DNA of 60,843 nt, filler included, from Sphacelaria rigidula (GCA_964200075.2; 9 parts of 9 records of this genome joined end to end with filler, not necessarily neighbours in it); one strand, 5' to 3'; positions 1 to 13,400 are shown, numbered from the whole stretch's first letter. Notes: generated by a model not told the origin, from the sequence alone. Numbers and translations are program-made.

Positions 1-74
1 CCGGCTGATACGCCCACATATCCCGAAAGGGGTAGACTGGCGTCCAGAATAGATGAAACGACAACACACACACA
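1..74 (+). mobile_element. 3' end of tRNA-derived SINE family (contig-truncated)
   Basis: ccggctgatacgcccaca...gtagactggcgtccagaatagat...acaacacacacaca matches the 3' ends at 35853-35928 and 31537-31605. Confidence 0.8.
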
Positions 75-595
75 GTCCATCAAGACTGTGGATCGTGTCT
101 AGGTTCAGAAACACGCCGTATGCCCATTGATTTGAGGGGAGCTGTGCTCGGCGAGAGGGGAGGGTGCGTGTTTTTTTTATTTTATGGTTTTCCGCGGTTG
201 AATCTAAACAGCAATGCTTCCGCCTTCTCCGATGATCTCTCGTGGCCCATGTGTACATTTATTTATTTCGGCATTGATCATTATTCCATGCAAGCCCCTC
301 TTCATCCCCCGACCACCTATATGAGTGGAGCATCACATGTTCTATGGAGTTGTTTTGATGTTACCCTCATTTACAGTTTGTCCCAGTCGAACTCACCATT
401 TGCTGCGTCCCCTGGGTTGCCGTTCTATCCCTTGGTGCACTCTACGGATTGGACTCGCGAAATTTCTCCACACAATTTCCTAGTTCTGGCTAAAAGATAG
501 AGCATATTTCGGCAGGTGACGTCACGTTTCAGCTTTCTAGCTTGCTGTACTCTCCTATTTTTCGTATCACGAGTGCCGCAGCGAACTTCTGATGG

Positions 596-2048
596 ATGCT
601 CCCGCCACCCCGCTCGTGTATTGATAGGTCTCATCGCCTGAGCTTGCCGCGAGTCACCAAAATGCTGTGGGATCGTCCGTCGTTCGACATGGGCCACCCG
701 GACCTATCCCTCGAGCTTCCCGAAGAGCTGCGACAGTTGATCCTCGGGACAGAGTTCAAAGGCGCACTAGACGACGTTTCGTGGCCTTCTGCGCTCCAGA
801 GCCTCATCTTTTGGCGCAGGTAATGGTAATTTTGGTTTTGCGAGAAACGTAGTTTCCCTCCCCTTGGACTTTCCGACTGAATGTGAAGATCCGGATATCT
901 GAATTTTATTTTTTTCCGTTTGTCGGTCACTTCTTTCTGCGAAGTGTGTGCGGTGCCTGCTAATCGCCATTTTTCTCCGCACGAAAAAACAACCTTGAGA
1001 TGACAGATTTAACAGAACGGTCGACAACGTGCACTGGCCGAGGTGCCTCAAGAATCTGACATTCGGCTGCAACTTCAACCAGCCCATCGACAAGGTCGCT
1101 TGGCCACCGGGACTGGAAACTTTGACGTTTGGCAGCTGGTTCGACCAACCCCTGAACGCCGTCAACTTCCCGCAAACGCTGAAGTATCTAAAATTCGGCC
1201 GAGATTTCAACCAAGCTTTGGAGGGCGTTCGCTGGCCACCAGCTCTGCGTCGGCTTACGTTTGGGTTCTTCTTCAACCAAGCGTTGCAAGCCGCAGCCGC
1301 TGATTGGCCGCCAAGCTTGAGAGAGCTGACGCTGGGTCAATGCTTCAATCAGAACGTCACTAATGTGCCTTGGCCTATGCATCTGCACACTATTGAGTTT
1401 GGCCGCGGTTTTAATTCAGACATCGAAGGCGCTCCGTGGCCTTCATCTCTGAAAACGCTGAAATTTGGGGGCTCGTTCAATCGCTCCGTGGTTGCGGCGG
1501 GATTTCCCGAAGGCTTGGAAAGCCTCGAGTTCGGGTTTGCGTTCAATCAGCCGATCGGCGGAGTGGTTTGGCCGTCCGACTTGAAGATTCTGGTCTTTGC
1601 GGAGGAATTCGATCAGTCCTTGGCTGGGGTTTCGTTGCCCCCCGGGCTCACGGATCTTGTGTTCGGGTTGAAGTTCAACCAATCGATCGCTGGACTGATC
1701 TGGCCTATAGCATTGCAGAGATTGCGTTTTGGGGATGAGTTCGACCAGCCGCTGGACGGCGTGGTCTTTCCTGACCGTCTCGTGGAAATCACGTTTGGGC
1801 AGGCGTTCGATAAACCCGTTGAGGGTATCGCTTGGCCCGATAGTCTTCAAGCGCTGGTGTTCGGAGAACGGTTTAATCAATCGCTCCAGGGCGTCAGGTG
1901 GCCTTCAGGTCTGAGAAAATTGCAGCTGGGGTGTGATTTTGAGCAGACGGTGGGGGGAGTCGAGTGGCCGCCGGGTCTGCGAAGAGTAGAATTTACCGAC
2001 AGTTTCCGCAGGATCGAGGATCATAGGGCAATAATAGTGGCAGCATGA
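596..2048 (+). CDS. FNIP-repeat (LRR-like) protein, spliced: join(596..819,1007..2048); true 5' end uncertain
   Basis: About 16 tandem 22-aa units of the form FNQPIxxVxWPxxLxxLxFGxx. A GT donor at 820 (cgcag|gtaatg) and an AG acceptor at 1005-1006 (tgacag|) join the ORFs 596.. and 1029.. in frame (AG|A=Arg, then FNRTVDNVHWP), keeping the repeat register. An in-frame TGA at 590 means either ATG596 or another upstream exon is the start. Confidence 0.9.
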
Positions 2049-3426
2049 GCAAAACCAAGCATATGGCGAAGAGAAGAGCAGGGATAGTTCTTGTTCGAGT
2101 ACGTTTGCACAGTTTTTCTGGCAAGGGGCTCATGACTTTTCTTTCGGGAGCGGTACCTCCCCTCCCCCCAACATTATAGGATATTGAGTTTACGCATGAG
2201 AGTGAAACGAACGAGGGTTCACATCAGTGTCGTGAGGATGACGGGTTGGTCGTACTTGATTTCTGTCCTGTAATGGAAGGGTCGGTCAAGTGGCAGTGGC
2301 GTTCGCGACCAAACAACCCCCCGCCCCTCGGACAATTTTCCCAGGCAAGATACGGATTTCATGGCTCAGGCAGAGAACAGGCATTATCAACATATGTAAA
2401 TATATATTGATACGAAGGGAATAGTGTTGTTCATAGTGGTCGTCCACATGCGTGTCTCTACTGTACAAGTCGAGTACTAGAGCGAACAACACCAGCATTT
2501 CGGTCTTGCAGGTTACGAGGTTTTGCTAGCTCATGCAAATATGACTTACTTTTACTATTATATATGGTTACACATTTCACCATTCCATTTGGCACAGTTC
2601 AATTCTACTATCATGTCAGCCTTCTAGCATCTGCTCGCTGCTGGAATCAAACGTCTTACTGTCTCACCGTTACTCTTGAAACAATCGTAAGCTCACAGCA
2701 TGTGGGTAAGTCCAACGTAGAATGACACAGGACGAACGTCACGATATGCTTGTTCAGAGATTAAGGCCGATTTCTTTTCTCTTTCTCTCATTGGTGGTGT
2801 CGAGACTTCGCACTTCCGAAAAGGAAGGGTGCACCCGATTGGGTCGGTCCTCGGAAAGAACCGGATCCAACCAGATGTAAAGAGGCATGTTTATGTATTC
2901 CGTCTCTCGACGGATTTACATGACGCCTCACCCCTGACTGCGGTACTAGCCAGTTCCCGCAATCAGCCCTCCGGGCGCGTAAGTCGTTTTGAATCGACGG
3001 CCCATCATCGTACTACCCTCATCCACCACGCCACGCCGCGATCCGTAACAATATATGTACAAGGTTCCTCTTCGGGAATTTGGTACGGGCCTCCCGGGGG
3101 TGACGCAAGTCGAAAATATATGGTCAAGAGAAGTTTCTCAATATACACCAATGATCCTGGTTGTACAAAACATCGCGCGTATCGTCAGATGGTGGCTCGG
3201 GATAAGGTTCACCAACTTGAGTAGCACGGATGAGGAGGTTGTAAAATTGTTGGGCGGCAATAATTTCGACATGTGTGGCAAATGCGTATAGATACGATAT
3301 GAGCCGAAGGTAATGCGCAACGCTCTTTGGTCGGCGTATGACATTCGTCGTATTCCCGAAGTGCCAGAGTGCGAAGTAGCTCTCGTGTCACGAAGACACG
3401 ACAGCGGGAGGCATTTCGCGAAAAAT

Positions 3427-3800
3427 GGAATACGTGGCACATTCTTTACATGCTCTTTGTCACCTGGGAAGTTCGCGGGTACGTTCTTTCGGTGCTTCGT
3501 TTTTTCGCTGCACATGGGAGTTTGCATTTCTCTGGACAAAGGAGTGGCTGTGGCTGGATATTGGAATGCGTGGAACATTCCTGGCATATTCTTCCTCACT
3601 TGGGAAGCTCGTCGCGGATATGTATTTGAAGTGCTTCGATTTTTCTCTGCACATGGTAGTAGCGTTTTGTTTTTTCAAGCCGGCCGAACTTTTCACCAGG
3701 TCTTCTTCACAGGACCATTTTGTGTGACGGGTATGTGCTTGCAGTGCCGTCGTTTTTCGCTGGACATGAAAGTTTGCATTTCTCTGGACATCAGAGTGGT
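3427..3800. repeat. Degenerate tandem repeat, about 3 units of ~130-135 bp
   Basis: Recurring motifs ggaat.cgtgg.acattc, tgggaag, gtgcttcg.tttt.c.ctgcacatgg and agtttgcatttctctggaca. Confidence 0.65.
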
Positions 3801-4822
3801 GGTTCTTGTCTGAAAAGATTGCATATCATTGTGGCTTACACATCACCGGGCCTTTTTTTTAAAACATTCCTGTGCTGCCGTGCTGCCGTGCCTCGTTCAA
3901 CTCGCCAGCGGTCCATTTCACGGTCCTGTGTTTACTGCTGACTAAGGCCAAGGCAATATTTAATTGTTTTCAACCGCTTTGCCCTCATGTTATCGTGACA
4001 TTGGCGGCATAACCAGTGTGTTCGTGCTCCCAAATGAACAAAAACGCGACAAAGAGAAACACGGGGGGAAAATGCCCTGCCAAAAGTAATCCTGTTTGAA
4101 GTTTCCATGGTCTTGAAAAGTCTTTTGTGGTTCGGGATCGAGACCCCGCGAAAAAGGGCCAGTTTGAGTTGTTTTCGGTAGCCAGAACACGCGCCACAGG
4201 TGTCAGATGACTCGCAAACCTGAACGGTGATGTGCTGCTGAGCCTTCTTAGTGCGGTGCAAAAGGAAGCGCGGGAAAAAAGCCGTGCCACCAGAGAAAAC
4301 TCGGCAAAGATGATAAATGTGAAATGATACATATGCATATATATGTACATATTTCGTGCATATTTCGGAGCTTTCATAGCTCAGGCAGCGCTCCAGGGAG
4401 TTTGTACACTGAGCGCCAGCGCCCCGGTGGTCTAACTGTACTACTGACACAATTTCGGCGGGAACACTGCGAGTTCGATTCCCGCGAGATGCGTCTACTT
4501 TGGCTACATTCTTGTAAGTACTACTAGTAATCGTGTATGATTTCCGTCGTTGGAAGCGTGAAGACCTGACCAGGAAAAAGCGTGATTTGATTAGACGACA
4601 GTCGGCGTGACGCGGGGAGAGTTGATTCAACCCGCGACGTTAAGATGTGAGGTGTGTCGCGTGTAGAGTAGTGGGGGAGAGATGGGTTGATCCGTTGAGA
4701 CAGCGAAATCATCCCAAGAGAGGAGAGGAGAGGGAAGTAGAATAGACGAAATAAAATGACATGAACTGCAACAGAGTGGATAACAGCATAGAGCATCCAT
4801 AGCCCCCCCTGTTTCTCCCTCT

Positions 4823-4907
4823 CCTCCGTCTCAAAGGGATGCGTGGTCAATGGCTAAACGACTAAGGCACGCAACAAATGAGTGCCCCCCCCCCCCCCCC
4901 CCCCCCT
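4823..4907 (+). mobile_element. 5'-truncated 3' end of poly-C-tailed LINE
   Basis: ctccgtctcaaagggatgcgtggtcaatggctaaacgactaaggcacgcaacaaatgagtg + poly-C, matching 21274-21346. Confidence 0.8.
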
Positions 4908-5137
4908 CACCACCCCTAATCTTTCTCGCGGTTCCTCCGGCCGGCAAGTGGTCCCGCGATGGCGGGGGGGGGTGCGATAAANNNNNNNNNNCCCCCCCCC
5001 TTTTTCCCCCCCCCCCCCCCTCAAAGGGGGGGGGTGTCAAAGGCAAAAAACATAAGGCACCCAAAAAAAAGGGGCCCCCCCCCCCCCCCCCGTAATCCCC
5101 ATTCAATTTTTTGGGGGGCATGGCTCCTGCGGAATAT

Positions 5138-5440
5138 TGTCATGAGGCTAGGGGGCGTTTACGATCAAATCCAGGGTTTTATACTTGCGGGTCTGATCAA
5201 GCTTGACTAGGTCAGATGTGAGTTCGATAAAAGGGAATCGACAACATTTCTACCTGCTGTCCCGTCTTACTTACGACGTGGAGCTGAGCAAAGCAGCTAC
5301 GGTCTGCAGCATCTGCCAGACGATCTGGACAAGAGGGCTTTCAACGAGGAACTCCTCCAGTAGTACTAGCCTCGTGCTCGACAAGCCCCTCCTCCTCATT
5401 TGTTATTATCTCGGAGTGATCCTCAACAGATCACATGACA
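5138..5440. mobile_element. Possible LTR (solo or remnant)
   Basis: Inverted termini TGTCATG...CATGACA over 303 bp, next to a Gypsy integrase relic. No TSD or adjacent PPT seen. Confidence 0.35.
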
Positions 5441-5559
5441 TACAGTAAGGGGCAACACAGAAAAGGGCCATCAATCCAGGATCCTCTGTCCCCTGCCACT
5501 GCTCCAATCATGCATGCGATCATGCTGAAACCCTACGGCTTGGTATCATTTGGCTACCG

Positions 5560-6480
5560 TACCCTCAACGCGAGTTCAAGACAAACGAACGACCTTGACA
5601 GCCAACAATAACCAGGGCGAAATCGCATGCGCCAGATCACAAAGAAATACCATACTCCGACGCTGATTTACTTGTCAGCGTCCGAGTCAACCGAACGCAG
5701 TCCCTTCAAAGCAAGTTCAGGCGCAGAAGAATTAAATGCGAAGAGACTTCCACGTACGTTCTTCAGCACCGAACCTTCCCCAATCGACCAAAACAATGAC
5801 ATCACCATTGCCATCCTCAGCGACGTGCACCAAAGCGTTCATCCGACATTCACCTTGAGCATACGAAAGCTGAAATACATCTTTTATTTCCGCAGTGATG
5901 TGCAACTGTGAGTCAGCATAGAAACGCAAACGAGCGACATGGGCCGAGTGTACGGCGCCAGAAACAATGTTCTGCACCGAATACACGTGAGCGTGATCGG
6001 CTCCGACCACTCGCCGCCGACCTGCCGTGTTGACATCAACCTGGGCGTCATATCTTGCCTGGGAACACGGGCATACAATAAGAAATCTCCAACTGCAAAC
6101 TTGGGCAACTCAGCCTGGCCCTGAGCAAGCTTGCGTTTGGTTTCGCGAGACACCGCGACGAGAGCTTGCACTTCGGTACAAAAGCGCACTTGCTTGTCAA
6201 CCACGCCTCGAACCTTGTCACGCAGAGTATCTGCATTCATGACATCGATGTTCCACTCGCGGCCACATTGACAGAAACCAGCGCGGAAAGCGCTGTACGC
6301 GGCGCACGCCCAAACATCACACAATACGGAGTATTATCGTAGCGTTCACGAAAAGAAGTATTCAACATCCACTGAGCGGCTGCCAAAACATCAACCCATT
6401 TAGACACTGACCGTCTTTGTTCCGACAAAAAGGACCGCAACGCGCAAACAACCTCTTTCACCATGCCTTCACAAGCACCA
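5560..6480 (-). pseudogene. Decayed Ty3/Gypsy pol C-terminus: integrase end plus chromodomain
   Basis: Frameshifted ORFs 6464-6237 (KWVDVLAAAQWMLNTS...TPYCVMFGRAP), 6324-5884 (FAVGDFLL) and 6010-5732 (HVARLRFY...VLVDWGRFGAEERTW, chromodomain-like). Confidence 0.8.
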
Positions 6481-6519
6481 TTCGACCAAGGGGTATAAGC
6501 AACAGCAAATATACGGTGG

Positions 6520-6672
6520 ATCCTAGAAAATTGGGTTCATCCAAAAATGAGGTTGAAGCGGCATTTCTCTTTTGCAGGGAAGACGCGAAACACTTACGAC
6601 CCAGAGAAGCTAGCTTCCCCCCCAAATGTCCGCAGCAGCTAAGCACCTGTGACTAGGTGCACCTAACGAATG
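6520..6672 (+). repeat. Interspersed repeat family (also 40480-40532 +, 40633-41030 -, 57990-58215 -)
   Basis: Shared motifs ctagaaaat.gggttcat.caaaa.atg.ggttgaag.ggcatttct and ctaggtgcacctaacgaatg occur in four contigs. Confidence 0.75.
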
Positions 6673-6772
6673 NNNNNNNNNNNNNNNNNNNNNNNNNNNN
6701 NNNNNNNNNNNNNNNNTTAATTAATTAANNNNNNNNNNNNNNNNNNNNNNNNNNNNNNNNNNNNNNNNNNNN
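6673..6772. other. Artificial contig linker (also 13445-13544, 20217-20316, 26989-27088, 33761-33860, 40533-40632, 47304-47403, 54074-54173)
   Basis: N44-TTAATTAATTAA-N44 (stops in all six frames) recurring every 6770-6772 bp. Confidence 0.98.
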
Positions 6773-6985
6773 AACATCGTGGGGTGGTGACGCAAAACTT
6801 GTGGGCTTCCATCCGAGGGCAAATTTTGTCGCTAAAACCACAGTACTCCCGACGGGAGTCATCTGTAAAAACAGGAAAAGGTCAATCAGGCCTGACTGAA
6901 GTGATGTGAGCAAACATCGAGGGGGTGGTCACCCAAAACTCGTGGGCTTACATCCGAAGGCAAATTTTGTCGCTAAAACCACAAT
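6773..6985. repeat. Direct repeat of ~70 bp, period ~141 bp
   Basis: aacatcg.ggggtggt.ac.caaaact.gtgggctt.catccga.ggcaaattttgtcgctaaaaccaca at 6773 and 6914. Confidence 0.75.
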
Positions 6986-7161
6986 TCGTCAATTATCAGA
7001 CGAGTCCTGAAAAGAGGCTCAACTCGTAGTACCGTTGACGGAAAACAAAAACATACACCATGACAAGGAAATCGGTCAGGCGGCGTTTTCCCAGAATGGC
7101 GGAAATCAAACACGGTAGACTCGAATCAACTTTGCCAACGTCAACAACGCGACGGCCGGTA

Positions 7162-7403
7162 TTACGAGCTGGGCCGCCCAAGAAGCCACCAGGAATGTTG
7201 AAACGCACATTTTTCGCTCAATTTTGGATCTTTTTCGATGAAATTTTGACACGATGTTCAGGACGTATGTGCGAATACCAAATCTTCCACCCTCCTTTTC
7301 TTCTTCGTGAGTTATTGTCAATTTTCTTTCGAAAAAACTGTACTGTAATGTTCCGTCGCCAACAACTCACGGAAGAAAACAAAAACAAGGGATGGAAGGT
7401 TTG
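7162..7403 (+). mobile_element. Truncated copy of the foldback element found at 44507-45485
   Basis: tacgagctgggccgcccaagaagccaccaggaatgttgaaacgca... is collinear with 44508 onward. Confidence 0.8.
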
Positions 7404-10400
7404 AACAGCCTGGAATCGTTATTGAGGTTAACCTCTAGACAACCACCCCCCCGCAGGAAGACTGGATAAGACTATTCACATTTGGGGTTCGGAATCATTC
7501 CTTCGTCACAAGCCAAAACGCCTACTCTACAGACAGAAAGATCCAGGGGTGCATATGAGCCACATAACTGCGAAAGTCATGACACAGCAGCGGTGTGGGT
7601 GCAAAACACGCTATTTCGCCGCATTTTTTTGCACTGCAGCCTGTAGTGTTTCGTAATGCTGCACCACGTACGGTCTGCAGCGTACTGGATGTTACAGGAT
7701 CGAGCGTGTCGAGTGCACGCAGCGTGCGTTTTGGGTATCGAAACATGACTACCGCCACGAATGCCCTTGCGGCACGTGCCGCGCTCATCGGCGCGGTGTC
7801 ACTTGGGCGAATGGTAATGCAATACGCATCAACTGGCGCTGTGTCGCCACCAGTACAGGGTTGTACCGTTTCAGGCAGGCACCATGGAGGCGGGTTATAC
7901 CGCAATACCTCAAGGTGAGCTTATCTAGTGGCCGAGAGTAAGTATGTAATAGACGGCATACGATCCTTCAATTATACACGATGTAATAGAAATATGTAGA
8001 TAGCAATAAAATATAAAGGAGCAGCAGCAACCATATGCCCTGCAAGGCCCACCAAACCTTTCAGATGTTGTCAATGTTCATTGACCAATTTCTTGCGACA
8101 AAGAAGGATACGTGTAATTGTCGCAAAAAATCCCTCTGTCATCCGGGGTCATCAAGGCAGCACGGGCGAAGATCAGAAGCAGGTACACGAACCCCACTAA
8201 GCCCGCCAGACTGTTCGAATTTTGACAGCGTTTATTGATCAATTTGTTGGAACAACATGAACTAAAATAATCAAAACAATGTTTATCGATCAATTCACTG
8301 CGAAAAATTAGAAAGAAAAAAAACGAAAAAATCATGGCAGTTCTCGAAAAATGCCCTCCGGAAGGGGGGGGGGGATACGTGTCTGAAAATGTTCGCTCGA
8401 CAGACCTTGGTTGAACACGTGTTCTTACCGTTCGGGCAAAAAAAAAAAAACTCGAGCACACGAGGCCACGCCCCACAAACATACTCACGTCTCCAGCCGA
8501 CGAATCAGCGCGGGCCGTGAAAAAGTCTCGGATCCGAGCACATAAGTCCAACGTTGGCCGCCGATATCTGTTCATACTCTAATACACGAGCCATTAACCG
8601 TTACTCTAAAAAAAACTCCGTCTGGAACACGCGATTCGCCGCTCACGGTTCCGAAATTGTAGCATTCCAACCGCAGGTCTCAGACGAAGGTCACGGAAGT
8701 ACACGCAATATTGCACGAGTCCCTCTCGTATTTCGCACCAGGACAAGAACACTCAGTTGCAATCAGTCAGACCACTGATCTATCGTCCGGCGCGTTACTC
8801 AGACCGGTGACCTCAGCGGCACAGAGGAGACAGCAAATACGCAATCCGAAGCGTACCCTGTGCTCACAACCCGCCACACGGATGCACAAGTCCGCCAGAC
8901 GAAACCTTTTCATCCTTTCATGCAATATGCGCCGAAAACCACGCGCAACTGTCATCCAGCACGGGCCGCAACGTACAAGGAAATACTGGCGTGACCTCTC
9001 GACGTCGCCAACTACCCTACCCGCCACGTGAAGGCACCGGCGAACACATGTGAAACTGAACTGTTGCCCACGACCCGAGACAGGATTCCGACTGCTCGCG
9101 ACAGGCGGATACAATCCGTCGAGAAAATTCATCGTGGGACACAACACGTGGGAAACGAACAGAGTTTCACATCGCGACCACACGCCAGCAATTGAGACGG
9201 AGTGGCCGCACTCTCTCCACTAACAGCGCGCAGAGTTCTCGTAGGCATATCACGGATCGGCAGTGCCACCCACGCCACAGCTACATGAAAGCCTCGCACA
9301 CCTTGGACGGTACCTCGCCATCCCCAACCCACAGGGCGCGGCACGCCTTCGTGAAACAATCTCGCCGGGGGATCTGCACCCCCCGCCCGTAAGCGCCGAG
9401 GGATTTTGCTGCCCCGAAAGCCGCCTGCACCATGTAGTAAACAACCGGAGGCAGTGGCAGCTCCACGGAATTCACGGAGACATTTCAACATCGAAGACAG
9501 GAACACACACATCTTGTGAACATAAGGGCGGGATGGAACATATACGGGGTTGCGCTTACACCACGTACAAGTACTTCCCTGTCATAACAAGGGCAGGTGA
9601 AAAAACATATCCGTGGACCCGCACCCACTTCTTTCTATTTGGGGCCGACTGGAGGGGGGGGGGGGTTCACCTGTTGGGACCGTGTCCGGGCCGCCGGTTC
9701 CGGTTCTATACCAAATCCTATATAATCAAATCAAATTAAATCAAATCCAAATCAACACAACCTACCTGAACCACGAGTTACTTCGTTCCGGACTGGGTTA
9801 AACGGGGGAGAAGAGTTACTGCACTTGCAGAGCATCCCCAAGCGCAAGCAGCGGAAAACAAAACACCAGTGGTAGTGTCGGCAATTCTTACATTGGTGTT
9901 GGGCTTGAAGTACGTTGTGTAGGCAAGCATCAATCGCTTGATCCATTACTTGATGCAACCCGATCATGAATCGTAGCAAACCGAATTTACTCAGATGAAT
10001 ATTATTGAGCTCGGCACCCCAACATCACAACAAGCAGAGCCAAGTACTGTTCGGTAACAAGCGGCGAGACTAAAAACTGAAGCAGTCTGAAGCGCGGTGG
10101 GGGCAGACGGGTTGGTTGAGTTGGGGCAAAAGATCGCCGGGGGGGGGGGGGAAGGGCAGTTGCGACGGACCACAAGTCCTTCACCCATCTGTGAGCGCAG
10201 CAACCATTGCAACGGCCGCACTTGGGTGGCTGAGGGGGTGTAGCCGGAGGATCTGCATAATTTATTTAGCGTTATCATTTGTACACGGTTGCTTGAATTA
10301 TCTTGGATCATCAAAAAACCATTATTCATAGATGAATCGAAAATAACACTCTATACTGCTCACACCATTGCACACCGTCAAGCTGTATTATTGAGACACA

Positions 10401-13400
10401 CGACCAAACTACACAAGGGTCGAGCGTATTGTTTCGAGAACGTGTTGCTGAGCATCTGACACCCCAAAGGCTGATGAACAGGTGTCTCGCATGAGACAAG
10501 AAAAAAATCAAACCAGGAGCTGCTGGGGGGTAGGGGACTTGGGGCAGTTGGATATTTCTTTCGCTCGCCCTTGCTCATAATCACATTTATTGGGGAAACT
10601 CTGGGCTACATCATGTCGTACCCATCGCACTCTCGCCAACACGCCTACCCCATAGCGCATAAACCAATTGTTTGCCAACATGTCATGGCTGAGAAAATTC
10701 TCCGTGCGCATGGTCGCCAAATAATCGGAGGTGAAAACGACCGCAGGTGCACGTGACCATGATGTACGACCTACGTCATATGCTTCTCACCTTCTTTACT
10801 GCCATAAAACTTCCGGTCCTAAACCGCGACGTTAGGCTATGTCAAACGTGAAAGCCAAATATCTATTTTGAAAGTGTGTTTTTCGCAATTACCGTCGCAT
10901 TCGCTCCGACATGAGGGCTAGGCGGTCGTTGAAACCTCGAAAGGACTTAATTCAACCGCCGACACCGTTTCCAGAACACGTTGACGCTTTCCATACGTTT
11001 CTGTTTCGGTCCTGGTCATACGCGCGATCGCAGTCGCGGTGGCCGTAATATAATCTCTTCACCATCGGCTATTCCCAGGAATGCTGTCAGAGGACGATCC
11101 GCCCCGCGCCACGAATTGTTTTATTCGAGACCTCACAGTGCGTAGCGGAACGGATTTCCGTCTGTGTGGAAAGTTGTGGATTATGACCGAGGAAAACCTC
11201 CGCCAACGAAATCTAACGGGATATTGCGGAGCGGATATCCGCCAACGAGAATATCACGCCGCGGCGCGTATATCCGTGGCATGGATTTTGTCATGATGTG
11301 GTTTGCCCCCCTCCGGGAAACAAATCGCACAAACTGCGGCAATTCCCCGCGGCGCACCGTCGCAGTCATCCGTGAAAACGATACGGTTATCCGCGAAAAA
11401 ATGTATGGATATCCGCAGATGAAGACCAAAAATACGAAAGGAGTTGCTTCGCCTTGACTGCCAAGTGCTGAACAGGGGGGACGGCGGATGATGTCGCACC
11501 CATGTAAGGTCGAATCCCTGGACCAAAAAATATACATCAATGGAGAATACTTCGTAGTACACGTCTGAATTTCCTACAGGACAGCGTGACGGGGGGCGGG
11601 GTGGGAGACGCGCAACAGCAGCAGCGCTTGACCCAGGACCAACGCTACCTACAACAACAACAAGCATGGAATACATCCCTCCAGAATGACGCCAAGAGTA
11701 TCAGCACATGAGCTTTCAACTGAAAAGGAAGATTTTCGTTGTGTTTTCGTACCCGCGGACATTAAAAAGTGTTTTCACGTGCCACCGCTTTTCTCAGCGG
11801 ACAGTTGTAATCTATACGGAGCGGGGCAGGGCGGGGCGGACCCTTCCGCAGCATCCTCTTACTGACCCAGTGGGTATCCCCAAGCAGGATATCAAAGTGA
11901 AGATATTATCACATGCCAGCGATGAAGGAGAAAGAAAGCCAGAACAAAGACTGAGTTGGCGACTCCAACACAGTTATAAAACCTACTCTCGTTCACCGCT
12001 CCACTCTCGTCCGCAGGACAACATCATTCCAAAAGCAGAGTTGCTCAAAATCAAAAGTGCGTCACCGATAAAGCAGGCCTGCCCACATGCCGATACACCG
12101 TGGTTACTTACATCCGGTGTGCAAAAAGCCGCCGAGGATTTGCGGCGACCTGCCGACAGATACAGTACTGCTGGTACTACATCGATGATGAAACTGGGCC
12201 AGTTGCCCGCAAGTACAGAGTGAACGTCGGCGCTGCACGCGTGTGAGATGTTCTTCACGCAAATAACCAATATTTGCAGGGCGGCCACGTGACATCTCGC
12301 ACACTCGTGCGCACCTGTAACACCCGCTGCAAGCAACAGCTCTCTACGCTTCGGGGCGGCCTACGTGCGGCAGCCCAACCGGAGCTACAGACAGTAAAAA
12401 CAACACTAGATCCCAATCTCAACCTTATACATCAATTTATAGGTATCCGCGATGAGCGCTTTGGCCGAACACCCGTCGTTGCAACGACAGCCCCCCCCCT
12501 CGTACAACGTACGATCTGTATATTTCAACAAGGCCACCGCCAGGCAACCCTGGAGCGCAACTTACGACCTTCTGTACCACTTTCCAACACAGGCGCGCCT
12601 GATAACAGAGAGCTGGCGCATTGCACATGACACCAGCCCGGCCTGGGCGGGTGACAGAACGCGAGATTCAAGACGACAGTGCAGACACCCTGACGCACCT
12701 GGTTTCTGTATTTCTTGGCCGAAGTCGACCCCCACTTCGTCACCACATCCCCCGTGCTGACGGCCGCGATGACGCCCGCCTGGTGACATCCGCAGAGACC
12801 AACATGACAGGCGGCCTCTTGCACCCGCGCGTCTCCCTTTACTCCAGCGTCGAGTGCCGCGGGTGGTTCATCATGAGGGCAATGCCTCGCTCCGACGGCC
12901 TCTGCTGCGTCCTTCGCAAACTCTCGGGCTCGATTCGGGAAGTGCGTACAGACGTGGAGAAGCTGAGAGGCGATGACGGTCGCGTCACCTTCGAAGGACG
13001 CATCTACCGCTACGTGCGTAGGGTACTCGTCACGGGTGCTTGCGTGTTGCGCCATGACGTTGTATACCAGATAGGGCTGTGCAAACGAAGCTCAGTCGTG
13101 GCTGAACACACAGATACAGTGTGTCCCGCTTGCTCAAAAACATGCTTTTTGGTTCATGTTATCTATGGTTGATTTCAGGTGACGAAAATGAGCTTTCATG
13201 CTAGACGACTAGACCAGTCTTAGACAGTCTTAGGAAACCGTAACAAAAGTGTTCATCTTGACGACCGTGATTGGTCGGGATGGTCATAACACGTCTATCA
13301 AGCCCCTTGCACGGCCCATAACTTTCCGCGGGAAACTTCCAAACACGCATGGTTGACTCCGTGAGCTTCGGCGGTGTTCTGCGTACAGACACCGTCCCCC

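Noticed and set aside
4831..5121. Pro/Gly-rich ORFs
   Set aside because: These are homopolymer C/G runs around an N gap, probably low-quality sequence next to a LINE tail.
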